Positions 20,873 through 29,508 of a stretch of 64,000 bases of DNA are shown here, piece after piece. Every line of letters begins with the position of its first letter. The first letter of the stretch is position 1. The translations under genes and the position numbers were made by a program. Source of the stretch: Oligoflexia bacterium. GTDB lineage: Bacteria; Bdellovibrionota; UBA1018. Below the pieces are notes generated by a model. It was given only the letters and a program-made list of their open reading frames with translations, did not search any database and had not been told where the DNA came from. The stretch lies in contig CAVWVI010000001.1 of the NCBI GenBank assembly GCA_963758495.1, forward strand, positions 480,001-544,000. Direction: 5' to 3'.

Positions 20873-22231
20873 TCGGGCTCGATTTATTTGCCGATCCACG
20901 GAATCAGGTCCAGTACCTCCCTCAGAAACTCGTGCTCGAACTGAAGCCTGTGGAGAGAGAACAGTCATGGCATCTGACTCAATTAATAAAGAGAACTCTC
21001 GAAGTTCCGATAGACTCAAACCCTCAAGAGTAGTGCCACTACAAATGCATGAGCGTACAATCTTGCCTACGATTTCGTGCGCTGCTCTAAATGTAAGACC
21101 TTTCCGAACCAAATAATCAGCCAGATCGGTAGCGGTAGAAAAATCACCTCGCATGGCTTCACTCATTTTTAAAGAATTGAATTTTGCTGTTTCCAACATA
21201 AGTCCCATCAAACGAATGCTGGATCGCACTGTATCAAGACCTTCAAAAAGAAATGTTTTATCCTCTTGAAGGTCGCGGTTATAAGAAAGCGGAAGAGCCT
21301 TCAACATCATCTGGGCACCTGTTAAAGCTCCAGCAACTCTCCCCGTCTTACCTCGAATGAGTTCCGCAACATCCGGATTTTTTTTCTGGGGCATAATACT
21401 GCTCCCTGTGGTCACACTGTCATCCAGTTCCACAAATCCGAACTCAGGAGAACTCCACAGAACCAGCTCTTCTGCAAATCGAGAAAGGTGAAGCATCATT
21501 AAAGAAGCAGCAGCAAGAAATTCAATGACAAAATCACGATCAGAAACGGCATCCAAACTATTCTCAGTCACCGAATCAAATCCCAATTCTTTGCGAGTCA
21601 TCTCTCTATCAATTAAAAAAGGTGTCCCTGCCAGAGCAGCAGAGCCCAGAGGAAGAAAACTAGTCCGTTTTCTGCAATCACTTAATCTTTCATAATCACG
21701 CTGAAGCATCCAAAAATACGCTAAAAGATGATGTGAAAAGCTCACAGGCTGAGCATGCTGAAAATGAGTCAATCCAGGAAGTAAAGTCTCGCGATAAATT
21801 TCCGCTGCATTCACGAGCCACAACTGAAGCGCACGAACCTCCTTTTGCAATTGATCAATTTGATCTTTTAAATAATACCGAGTTGCAGTCGCTACTTGAT
21901 CGTTTCGACTTCGAGCCGTATGAAGCTTACCTGCCACCAACCCAATCTTTTCCGATAAAAGCCGCTCAATCTCAGAGTGAATGTCTTCAGCATCTGGACG
22001 AAATTGAACTTTCCCTGAAGCAATCTCTGAACGTACATCCTCTAAACCCGCTATGATTTGATGACTGTCCCGTGCATCGAGAATTCCACATTTTCCTAGC
22101 ATCCGAGCATGAGCCATGCTTCCAGCCAAATCCGCTTCCCACAGTCTGGAATCCACTGCGAGAGAAGATGTAAATTCTTCAACAGCCTTAGCTGTCTGTT
22201 CTTTGAATCGACCGCCCCAAAGTTTGTTCAT
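20852..22231 (-). CDS. argH: Argininosuccinate lyase
   Basis: MNKLWGGRF, HTARSRNDQ, GSSIMPQKKNPD; start moved to ATG 22231. Confidence 0.98.
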   Translation of the reverse strand: MNKLWGGRFKEQTAKAVEEFTSSLAVDSRLWEADLAGSMAHARMLGKCGILDARDSHQIIAGLEDVRSEIASGKVQFRPDAEDIHSEIERLLSEKIGLVAGKLHTARSRNDQVATATRYYLKDQIDQLQKEVRALQLWLVNAAEIYRETLLPGLTHFQHAQPVSFSHHLLAYFWMLQRDYERLSDCRKRTSFLPLGSAALAGTPFLIDREMTRKELGFDSVTENSLDAVSDRDFVIEFLAAASLMMLHLSRFAEELVLWSSPEFGFVELDDSVTTGSSIMPQKKNPDVAELIRGKTGRVAGALTGAQMMLKALPLSYNRDLQEDKTFLFEGLDTVRSSIRLMGLMLETAKFNSLKMSEAMRGDFSTATDLADYLVRKGLTFRAAHEIVGKIVRSCICSGTTLEGLSLSELREFSLLIESDAMTVLSPQASVRARVSEGGTGPDSVDRQINRARELIPEG

Positions 22232-22235
22232 TTCT

Positions 22236-23429
22236 TCACTGATTCCTTTGTTTGAGATGATAATACATACGCGCTTGCAAACCAAAATTCTTGACGGTTC
22301 CCGTACTTTCCCTCTGATCAAAAGTTGTCGTATCAAAAGATGCTAAATCTTCAGAGTAGAGAGCCCACTGACTAGATCGACCGATCACTTGAAGAGCACC
22401 TTTATAAAGACGAAGAGAAACCCAGCCCGTAACTCTTTCCTGTGTCTTATGAATGAATGCTTCAAGATCTTCTTTAAATGGATCAAACCAGAGCCCCTCA
22501 TAGGCGAGCTTACTCCACTCAGCGTCTACCAGACTTTTAAAACGAAGTTCCTCACGAGTTAATACCAGTGCTTCAAGTGCACGATGCGCAGTCAGGATCA
22601 AAGTAGAACCGGGACATTCATAATTTTCTCTCACTTTCAATCCCAGCATACGGTCTTCCATAATATCAATTCGACCTACTCCGTGTTCACCTGCAATTCG
22701 GTTTGCCTGAGAAATAAGAGTTGCCGGTGATGACCGCTCACCATTGATTGCGACTGGCACTCCATTTTCAAAGCTGAGCTTAATCTCTGTGGGCTTATCC
22801 GGGGAAAGCTGTGAATCTCTCGTCCATTCAAAGATCTCACTCGGAGGTGCATAAGAGGGCTCCTCTAATCGTCCACCTTCGATAGAGCGACCCCAAAGAT
22901 TTTCATCGACACTCCAGATTTTTTCTAAGCTCTGCTTAATGGGTATACCCTTGCTCATTGCGTAATCAATCTCCCAGCTCCGAGTCATGTTTCGCTCCCG
23001 GACAGGCGCATGAATCGTTGCTCCAGGCATCAACGCCCGAATTGCAAATTCAATTCGAAACTGATCATTGCCCTTTCCAGTACAACCATGTGCAAATGCA
23101 TTTGCACCGATTCGAGTAGCTACATCGACCGCCTTTGCAGCGATCAATGGGCGGGCAATAGAAGTGCTGATAGGATATCCCTCATAGTTTCCGTTCGCAC
23201 GAACCGAAGCGAAACAATAGTCACGAGCAAATTCTTCTTTTGCATCCACAGTATAATGCTCAGTACCCATTGCCTGGGCTTTCTCAGCGGCCTCACGAAT
23301 ATCATGAGAAGGCTGACCCACATCAATGGTGACCGTGACAATACGACTATATCCATACTCTTCACGCATTAGGGGAATGCAAACAGATGTATCCAAACCT
23401 CCAGAATAAATCAGAACTATCGTTTTCAT
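22236..23429 (-). CDS. argG: Argininosuccinate synthase
   Basis: YSGGLDTS, HGCTGKGNDQFR, SVDENLWGRSIEGG. Confidence 0.98.
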   Translation of the reverse strand: MKTIVLIYSGGLDTSVCIPLMREEYGYSRIVTVTIDVGQPSHDIREAAEKAQAMGTEHYTVDAKEEFARDYCFASVRANGNYEGYPISTSIARPLIAAKAVDVATRIGANAFAHGCTGKGNDQFRIEFAIRALMPGATIHAPVRERNMTRSWEIDYAMSKGIPIKQSLEKIWSVDENLWGRSIEGGRLEEPSYAPPSEIFEWTRDSQLSPDKPTEIKLSFENGVPVAINGERSSPATLISQANRIAGEHGVGRIDIMEDRMLGLKVRENYECPGSTLILTAHRALEALVLTREELRFKSLVDAEWSKLAYEGLWFDPFKEDLEAFIHKTQERVTGWVSLRLYKGALQVIGRSSQWALYSEDLASFDTTTFDQRESTGTVKNFGLQARMYYHLKQRNQ

Positions 23430-23445
23430 TATTTATTTTGCTCCT

Positions 23446-23471
23446 TACCTTTGCATATATATGCAAAGGTA
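23446..23471. promoter_or_regulatory. ARG box (ArgR/AhrC operator) upstream of argG
   Basis: Perfect 26-bp palindrome TACCTTTGCATATATATGCAAAGGTA with core TGCAT-N4-ATGCA. Confidence 0.75.
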
Positions 23472-23495
23472 TAATTAAATCAATGTATTTTTGGG

Positions 23496-23524
23496 TTGAC
23501 TTCAGCGTAAATATGCATATTAAT
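23496..23524 (+). promoter_or_regulatory. sigma-70-like promoter of argC
   Basis: TTGACT (23496-23501), 16-17 nt spacer, TATTAAT; the -10 is covered by an ARG box. Confidence 0.5.
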
Positions 23525-23550
23525 GCATTAGAGATGCATATTTATGAACA
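23512..23550. promoter_or_regulatory. Tandem ARG boxes at argC
   Basis: TATGCATATTAATGCATT (23512-23529) and GATGCATATTTATGAACA (23533-23550), separated by the canonical 3 bp. Confidence 0.8.
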
Positions 23551-24625
23551 CAAAAAACAACCAGCTGCCGAGGCAAAAATACCTATCGCCATTATTGGCG
23601 CACGCGGTTACTCGGGTCTTGAGCTTGTCAGAATTTTATTAAAACATCCTGGAGTCAAAATTGAAGCCTGTGTTGCAACTGATTCTGATTTTTGTCTGTC
23701 CCATTGGCTTCCTGAACAAACAGCAGAGACAATCCCTGTAACCTCAATCCATCATCTAGAACAAGTCTTAAATAAAGTTCATACCGTATTCCTAGCTACT
23801 CCGGCTGAAGCCTCTATTGAACTTGCTCCCAGAATTCTAAAATCCGGCGTAAGTGTAATCGACCTAAGCGGAGCATTTCGCCTTGAAGCTGAAAATGCAC
23901 AACAGTATTATGGAATTCGAGGTGATGCTCTTTCGATTTTGCCACACGCTGAATACGGATTGATTCCTTGGATTGGCCCCGCCAAAAATCGAGAGAATCA
24001 ACCGAGCCTCATTGCAAACCCAGGTTGCTATGCCACTTCCATTCTCATGGCTATCCTTCCTTTGCTTAAAGAAAACATCATCAATACCGCGTCACTTGTG
24101 ATTGATTCGAAATCAGGCACGACGGGTGCAGGTCGCAAAGCGACTGAAAATCTTTTATTTAGTGAGGTTGATGGTGAATGCATCCCCTATAGAATTGGAA
24201 CCCATCAGCATTTTCCTGAAATCGTGCAATATGCATCTCACTTTGCTTCCATTGATATTGACCCTCTGTTTTCCACTCACTTATTAGGGGCCCGTAGAGG
24301 AATTATTTCTGGAATTTATGCTCGAACTCTCAACAACATGTCAATCCATAGAATAGAAACAGCTTACTCTGCATTCTACTCAAATTATCCTTTAGTCCGA
24401 TGGGGAAGAATTAACCCAAATCAGCCAAGAGCATTATCTTTGAAGAGAGTCGTAGGAAGCGCAAGAACTGAAATCCAATTTGAACTCAAAGGCAACCAAC
24501 TTTACATTTTTTCTCTCATTGATAATCTAATTAAAGGCGCTGCCGGTCAAGCCATTGAGAATTTCAATCGAATCTATGACTTTCCAATTACAACATCACT
24601 ACTTGAACTCGAGGGCGTATTATGA
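23534..24625 (+). CDS. argC: N-acetyl-gamma-glutamyl-phosphate reductase
   Basis: IIGARGYSG, IDLSGAFRL, IANPGCYAT, DNLIKGAAGQA; start 23534 preferred but uncertain. Confidence 0.96.
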   Translation: MHIYEHKKQPAAEAKIPIAIIGARGYSGLELVRILLKHPGVKIEACVATDSDFCLSHWLPEQTAETIPVTSIHHLEQVLNKVHTVFLATPAEASIELAPRILKSGVSVIDLSGAFRLEAENAQQYYGIRGDALSILPHAEYGLIPWIGPAKNRENQPSLIANPGCYATSILMAILPLLKENIINTASLVIDSKSGTTGAGRKATENLLFSEVDGECIPYRIGTHQHFPEIVQYASHFASIDIDPLFSTHLLGARRGIISGIYARTLNNMSIHRIETAYSAFYSNYPLVRWGRINPNQPRALSLKRVVGSARTEIQFELKGNQLYIFSLIDNLIKGAAGQAIENFNRIYDFPITTSLLELEGVL

Positions 24626-25821
24626 CTCCTGGACCTGGAATAGCAAGAACACCACTCCCTAAGGGCTTTTCAGCGGCAGCAATTCATTGTGGAGTTCGTA
24701 AGTATCGCCCGGATTTAGGAATGATTATTTCTGAACAAGACTGCGTTGCCGCTGGTACCTTTACTCAAAACGAATGCCAAGCGGCCTCAGTTCTTTACTC
24801 AAAGGGAATACTACCCAGCTCACATATTCGCTCTGTAATAACCAATAGCGGACAAGCAAATGCTGCCACCGGAAAACTCGGGAAAATCAATAACTGGAAA
24901 ATGGCTCTTGCGGCAGCTCGAACGATTGGATGCTTACCTCATCAAGTGCTCACAGCATCCACGGGAGTCATAGGCGTTCAGATGGAAATAGAAAAGATTG
25001 AAAAGGGAATTCTCCATCTTCCCGATAGAATCGCATACAACTCTGAATTATTCGCTCTTGCCATTATGACGACAGACCTAGTTCCAAAGACTGTCACGAC
25101 CACTGTATTACTCAGCGAAGGAGAAGTCAGAATCACTGGAATCTGCAAAGGTTCTGGAATGATCCATCCAAACATGGCAACGATGTTAGGTTACCTTCTC
25201 ACTGATGCTCAGGTGCCACTTGAAATGGCCCAGCCTTTACTCTCAGAAGCAACTCAGTTGAGTTTCAATATGATCAGTGTTGATGGAGATACCTCTACAA
25301 ATGATTCAGTTTTTTTATTAGCCAATGGCATGAGTGGAGTTACCCTCAGCACCCAAGAGGATATCAAAAAGTTTCAAAAAGCCCTCAACGAAGTAGCGCA
25401 ACTCCTTGCTCAGGCAATTGCAAGAGATGGAGAGGGAGCAACAAAATTGATCGAAGTACAACTCACGGGTGCTCCTTCCGACGAACTCGCCCGTAGAGCT
25501 GCACGTGGATTAATACTCAGTCCATTAATCAAGGCAGCAATTCATGGAGAAGATCCAAATTGGGGGCGAATCCTTGCACGATTAGGTGCGGAACAGATTC
25601 CCTCGACTTGTCTGGAGTCCTTAAATTTAGCGATTCAAGAAGTTCGTGTATTTGAAGAAGGACAACCTATTAATTTTGATCGAAGTATCGTTCGAAATCT
25701 TCTTAAAGACGATACCGTCCGAATTCAAATTGATCTCAATTCAGGATTATTTAATGCTAAGGCTTGGGGTTGTGATTTGTCGAAAAGATACGTGGAAATC
25801 AACGCAGAGTATTCAACGTGA
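24622..25821 (+). CDS. argJ: Ornithine acetyltransferase / N-acetylglutamate synthase
   Basis: STGVIG, KGSGMIHPNMATML, DGDTSTND, DGEGATK, DPNWGRI. Confidence 0.98.
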   Translation: MTPGPGIARTPLPKGFSAAAIHCGVRKYRPDLGMIISEQDCVAAGTFTQNECQAASVLYSKGILPSSHIRSVITNSGQANAATGKLGKINNWKMALAAARTIGCLPHQVLTASTGVIGVQMEIEKIEKGILHLPDRIAYNSELFALAIMTTDLVPKTVTTTVLLSEGEVRITGICKGSGMIHPNMATMLGYLLTDAQVPLEMAQPLLSEATQLSFNMISVDGDTSTNDSVFLLANGMSGVTLSTQEDIKKFQKALNEVAQLLAQAIARDGEGATKLIEVQLTGAPSDELARRAARGLILSPLIKAAIHGEDPNWGRILARLGAEQIPSTCLESLNLAIQEVRVFEEGQPINFDRSIVRNLLKDDTVRIQIDLNSGLFNAKAWGCDLSKRYVEINAEYST

Positions 25822-26594
25822 ATAAAAGAATCCTTATCAAACTCGGTGGAGCTGCCCTTGAAAACTCAGACTGGGTCACTTCTATTTGCAAAGAACTTGT
25901 TCGTATCCGTTCTATGGGAATTTCTGTTGTCGTCGTTCACGGCGGAGGACCTGCAATCAATCAGGAGCTTAAGCGTCGGGGGATTCAATGGCAATTCATC
26001 GACGGCCAACGAGTCACCACACCTGATATGATGGAAGTCATTGAAATGGTCTTATGTGGTTCAGTCAATCGCAAAATTGTTCGTATTTTGAACGGGATGG
26101 GAATGCCCGCTATTGGATTTTCTGGTATTGACGGCAAAACTCTCTTATGCAAACAAGCGGATCCACGGTTAGGTCAAGTAGGTACGATCGAGCAAGTCGA
26201 TCCAAAAACGATTCTCTCTATCCTTGAAAGAGACAAAAAATCTGAAAAGGGAATCATTCCAATCATTGCTCCTATTGGAATCGGGAAAAACGGTGAATCT
26301 TACAATATTAATGCGGACTGGGCAGCAACCTGGATTGCCCAGGCTCTCAAAATAAAGACTCTGATTTTTCTGACTGATCAAGATGGCATACTCGATACGA
26401 ATAGAAAGCCCATTTCAAATGTTGATTTAAATGGACTGCAAAAGCTCATTAAAACAGAAACCGTGACTGGAGGAATGCTGACCAAGACCCGCGCCGTCCT
26501 TCACTCACTCAAAAATAATACAAAGGAAGTTTATATATTAAACTCCCACAGACCTTTTCCTTGGAAAGGCCAAGGAACATTTTGTCGGCCTTAA
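25818..26594 (+). CDS. argB: Acetylglutamate kinase
   Basis: IKLGG, VHGGGP, NINAD, GGMLTK; GTG start overlaps the argJ stop. Confidence 0.97.
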   Translation: MNKRILIKLGGAALENSDWVTSICKELVRIRSMGISVVVVHGGGPAINQELKRRGIQWQFIDGQRVTTPDMMEVIEMVLCGSVNRKIVRILNGMGMPAIGFSGIDGKTLLCKQADPRLGQVGTIEQVDPKTILSILERDKKSEKGIIPIIAPIGIGKNGESYNINADWAATWIAQALKIKTLIFLTDQDGILDTNRKPISNVDLNGLQKLIKTETVTGGMLTKTRAVLHSLKNNTKEVYILNSHRPFPWKGQGTFCRP

Positions 26595-26637
26595 ATAAAA
26601 ACTCCATTATCTTTCCGTCATCCTTAGGGAAAAAGTT

Positions 26638-27570
26638 ATGATCAAATTCAACACTAGCCATCTACTTACTGGAGAAGAACTCAATTTAGATGAATTATTG
26701 GACCTTTTAGATTGCGCAGAGAAGCTCAATCATGAAAGACACCAAGGAATGATCCGAACGGATCTTGTCGGAAAAACACTCACCCTTTTATTCGAAAAAC
26801 CATCTTTAAGAACACGCGTCAGTTTTACAGTCGCCATGAGAGAATTAGGAGGAGATATCGTAGAATGCCTCGCCTCCTCCCGCAAGCATGAAGAACCCGA
26901 AGATGTAGTACAAGTCCTAGGTGGTTATACTCATGCCATTATGTTACGAACCCACGAACATTCTAATTTAATACGTATGGCAAATAAGTCATCTATTCCT
27001 GTGATCAATGGTCTATCAGACTCTCATCACCCGTGTCAGATATTTGCAGACCTTCTTACATTAAAACAGCATTTTGAGAAACTAGAAGGCTTGACAGTAA
27101 CCTATGTCGGAGATGGAAATAATATTTTACATAGCCTTATGCTTTTGATGCCCATTCTAGGTATTCATCTCCGCTACTCATGTCCAAATAATTACATGCC
27201 CGACCCCTTGATTGTCAAAAACGCTATAGATCGGATTAAACTTATAAAGGTGAAAGGCTCCATCTCTTCGTTTTCTGATCCAAGGAGCGCTGTTCAAGGT
27301 GCAATAGCAGTTTATACAGATGTTTGGACCAGCATGGGCTTTGAAGAAGAACAGACGGACCGGGAAGAAGCTTTCAAAAACTACCAAGTAAACGAAGAAC
27401 TACTTTCTCACGCGCAGCAGGGCGCATTGGTCATGCATTGTATGCCCATGATTAAAGGCAAAGAAATTTCAGCAACCCTCGCTGAGCACCCTAAAGCCGT
27501 CTTTTTTAAACAGAGTGAGAATAGACTTCATGTCCAAAAAGCACTTCTTTTAGCTCTATTAAAGCATTAA
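26638..27570 (+). CDS. argF: Ornithine carbamoyltransferase
   Basis: FEKPSLRTR, HPCQ, GDGNN, DVWTSMG, HCMP. Confidence 0.96.
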   Translation: MIKFNTSHLLTGEELNLDELLDLLDCAEKLNHERHQGMIRTDLVGKTLTLLFEKPSLRTRVSFTVAMRELGGDIVECLASSRKHEEPEDVVQVLGGYTHAIMLRTHEHSNLIRMANKSSIPVINGLSDSHHPCQIFADLLTLKQHFEKLEGLTVTYVGDGNNILHSLMLLMPILGIHLRYSCPNNYMPDPLIVKNAIDRIKLIKVKGSISSFSDPRSAVQGAIAVYTDVWTSMGFEEEQTDREEAFKNYQVNEELLSHAQQGALVMHCMPMIKGKEISATLAEHPKAVFFKQSENRLHVQKALLLALLKH

Positions 27571-27794
27571 CCTTTTTCTTGATTTTCGTCTTCTCGCTTA
27601 ATAAGAATTGATCTTCGCTTTTGCAAAAGACCCTTAACTCTCTCTAAAGATTCATAAGCCTTAGTCAATTGCCCAACCTCTTCCAATGGAGCATCAGGTC
27701 GGGCTTTAAGACTCTCTATAACCGAATCCGTCAAAAAAAAAGCCGTCCCAAGAGCGCCTGCCAAGTCGTGAAGAAATTCTCTTTCATCGTTCAT
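27567..27794 (-). CDS. Small helical protein resembling a stand-alone HisKA/DHp domain
   Basis: MNDEREFLHDLAGAL resembles an H-box; two amphipathic helices; start moved to ATG 27794. Confidence 0.6.
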   Translation of the reverse strand: MNDEREFLHDLAGALGTAFFLTDSVIESLKARPDAPLEEVGQLTKAYESLERVKGLLQKRRSILIKREDENQEKG

Positions 27795-28016
27795 TGAAAA
27801 ACCTTTCTTATACAAACATAGCACATCGCATTAATAACTTACTGTTTTTTTAATTTACAGGAAGGTATATGAGCTTTCTGCCCGAATCTTTAAACCAAAG
27901 TTTCTTAAGAAAAATCCTAGCAAGCCATTTGATTTGAGTCAAAGCAAGATTCCTACTTTCATAGTTGCTTAAATGAAATCTCACCTTATGCTTTTAATTA
28001 TTGTAAGTAGCTCCTT

Positions 28017-28101
28017 TAAGACTGTTGACAAGTATTGTAAGGAGTCCTGTTGCGCCGTAAAGATTTGGATTCCCGGCGCAACAGGACTCCTTACAGTGCT
28101 T
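28017..28101. repeat. Palindromic repeat element, copy in opposite orientation to copy 1
   Basis: TAAGACTGTTGACAAG end; 28-nt arms at 28030-28057 and 28074-28101; loop TAAAGATTTGGATTCC. Confidence 0.9.
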
Positions 28102-28105
28102 ACAA

Positions 28106-28474
28106 TTATTGATCGGTCTTTAAAAAAATCGCCTGAATTTTTGAAATAATTTCTTTAATCAAGAATGGCTTTTGAAGAAATCCAGCAATGGTATAACCAT
28201 CAAATTCTTTATGATTTTCTAAAGAATCTCCACTACAGAGTATAAAAGGGATCTTTATATTTTTTGAGTTAAGATACATAAATAAGTCTGCTCCAGATCC
28301 CTGTTTCATATTGTAATCACAAATAATACCTGCAATGTCTTTTGTATTCTCCAGGACTGCTATCGCTTCAGCCACTGATCCAGCAACCACTGTGTCTATA
28401 TGTAATTTATTTTGAATAAGGGTAGACATTAGTTCCCTCAGGTCTGGTTCATCATCAACAATTAAAAGTTTCAT
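28106..28474 (-). CDS. Single-domain response regulator
   Basis: LIVDDE, ICDYNM, CSG, LQKPF. Confidence 0.93.
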   Translation of the reverse strand: MKLLIVDDEPDLRELMSTLIQNKLHIDTVVAGSVAEAIAVLENTKDIAGIICDYNMKQGSGADLFMYLNSKNIKIPFILCSGDSLENHKEFDGYTIAGFLQKPFLIKEIISKIQAIFLKTDQ

Positions 28475-28573
28475 TATCCAATTATAAACTCCAAGTATTA
28501 TTAAGTCCTAGTTGATTATTTAATATCTATACCGTAAGCAGATCCTTTAGGGAGAGCAGCCCACTCTCCCTCC

Positions 28574-29317
28574 CTATTCCACACTGTTTAATTCCCTTTC
28601 AAGTAAATTTCTAAGACCTGAATAGGTTCCACACCACGCAAATCCCGTAACACCATGCAATATAATTGACTTAAAAACAGGTTTCAAATGACTCAAATGA
28701 GGCTTCAACAAAAAGACATTAATTCCCAAATGAACTGCGGGCAAATCGTTTCGTTTATCATTACCTATCAATAGGCATTCGTTAGGATTTAGCTCCTCTT
28801 GCTCAATGAGTTCTTGATAGTATTCTAACTTAGGCTTACAGGCATGCATTCGTTTAGCATGAGTAAAAGAGCGAAAAGACTGTATATTAAGCCCTGCCCA
28901 CTTGACTCGAAGCTCAATCGCTTCTGGTAGCCAGATTGGATTTGTTGCAAGAATGAGAGGAAAATGATTTTCAGCCCATTTAATAAAGCTGGCTGCACCA
29001 GGGACGGGGAAAAAGTAACGACTTAGAGTAGGAAAAACATCCTGAATAGAACTCTCTAAAAGTCGCCGAGCATCCTCTTCTTTCATTTGAAAAGTATTTG
29101 CAAATGCCTGTACCATCCTTACTTCGTTAGTCTGCTCACTGGATGCGGAATCTGCAGCTACTTGAATCTGACGAATCGCTTGAATATGCTTATGAAATCC
29201 TCTGTGCAAACGCCAACTTTGCATAATACGAAAGATAAATTCTAGGCGCATCCGAAGACCGTCACCCGCAACTAACGTTCCATCTAGATCGACCAGAAGA
29301 TGAGTTATTTTTTTCAT
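28574..29317 (-). CDS. HAD-family hydrolase
   Basis: DLDGTL, ATNP, CKP, IGNDKRND. Confidence 0.9.
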   Translation of the reverse strand: MKKITHLLVDLDGTLVAGDGLRMRLEFIFRIMQSWRLHRGFHKHIQAIRQIQVAADSASSEQTNEVRMVQAFANTFQMKEEDARRLLESSIQDVFPTLSRYFFPVPGAASFIKWAENHFPLILATNPIWLPEAIELRVKWAGLNIQSFRSFTHAKRMHACKPKLEYYQELIEQEELNPNECLLIGNDKRNDLPAVHLGINVFLLKPHLSHLKPVFKSIILHGVTGFAWCGTYSGLRNLLERELNSVE

Positions 29318-29508
29318 AATTTACAGTTCGATTCTAGATTCTTAACCTCTTCAAAGAATCCAATCTCTTGGCTAACGTAATAACGAATTTATCACAAGCT
29401 TTCAACGCAGCGAGAAGTATTAAATTATTTTAACTTGACACGAAAGGACTTCCCTCAGTAGAGACACAGTTTTCCATAGGGAAGCAGCTTTCTTGGGGGG
29501 TCAGTAAT

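Noticed and set aside
22232..22336. N-terminal extensions in the ORF track (argH, argC, actF, coxB, coxC, AI-2E)
   Set aside because: They overlap neighbouring genes or regulatory DNA; downstream starts match family N-termini and stop/start coupling.
26638..27570. Possible N-acetyl/succinyl-ornithine transcarbamylase because of SLRT
   Set aside because: The DxxxSMG ornithine-binding loop is intact and argJ supplies ornithine, so canonical OTC fits.
28549..28571. AGGGAGAG/CTCTCCCT hairpin as an intrinsic terminator
   Set aside because: No U-tract on the coding (minus) strand, so the function is unsupported.
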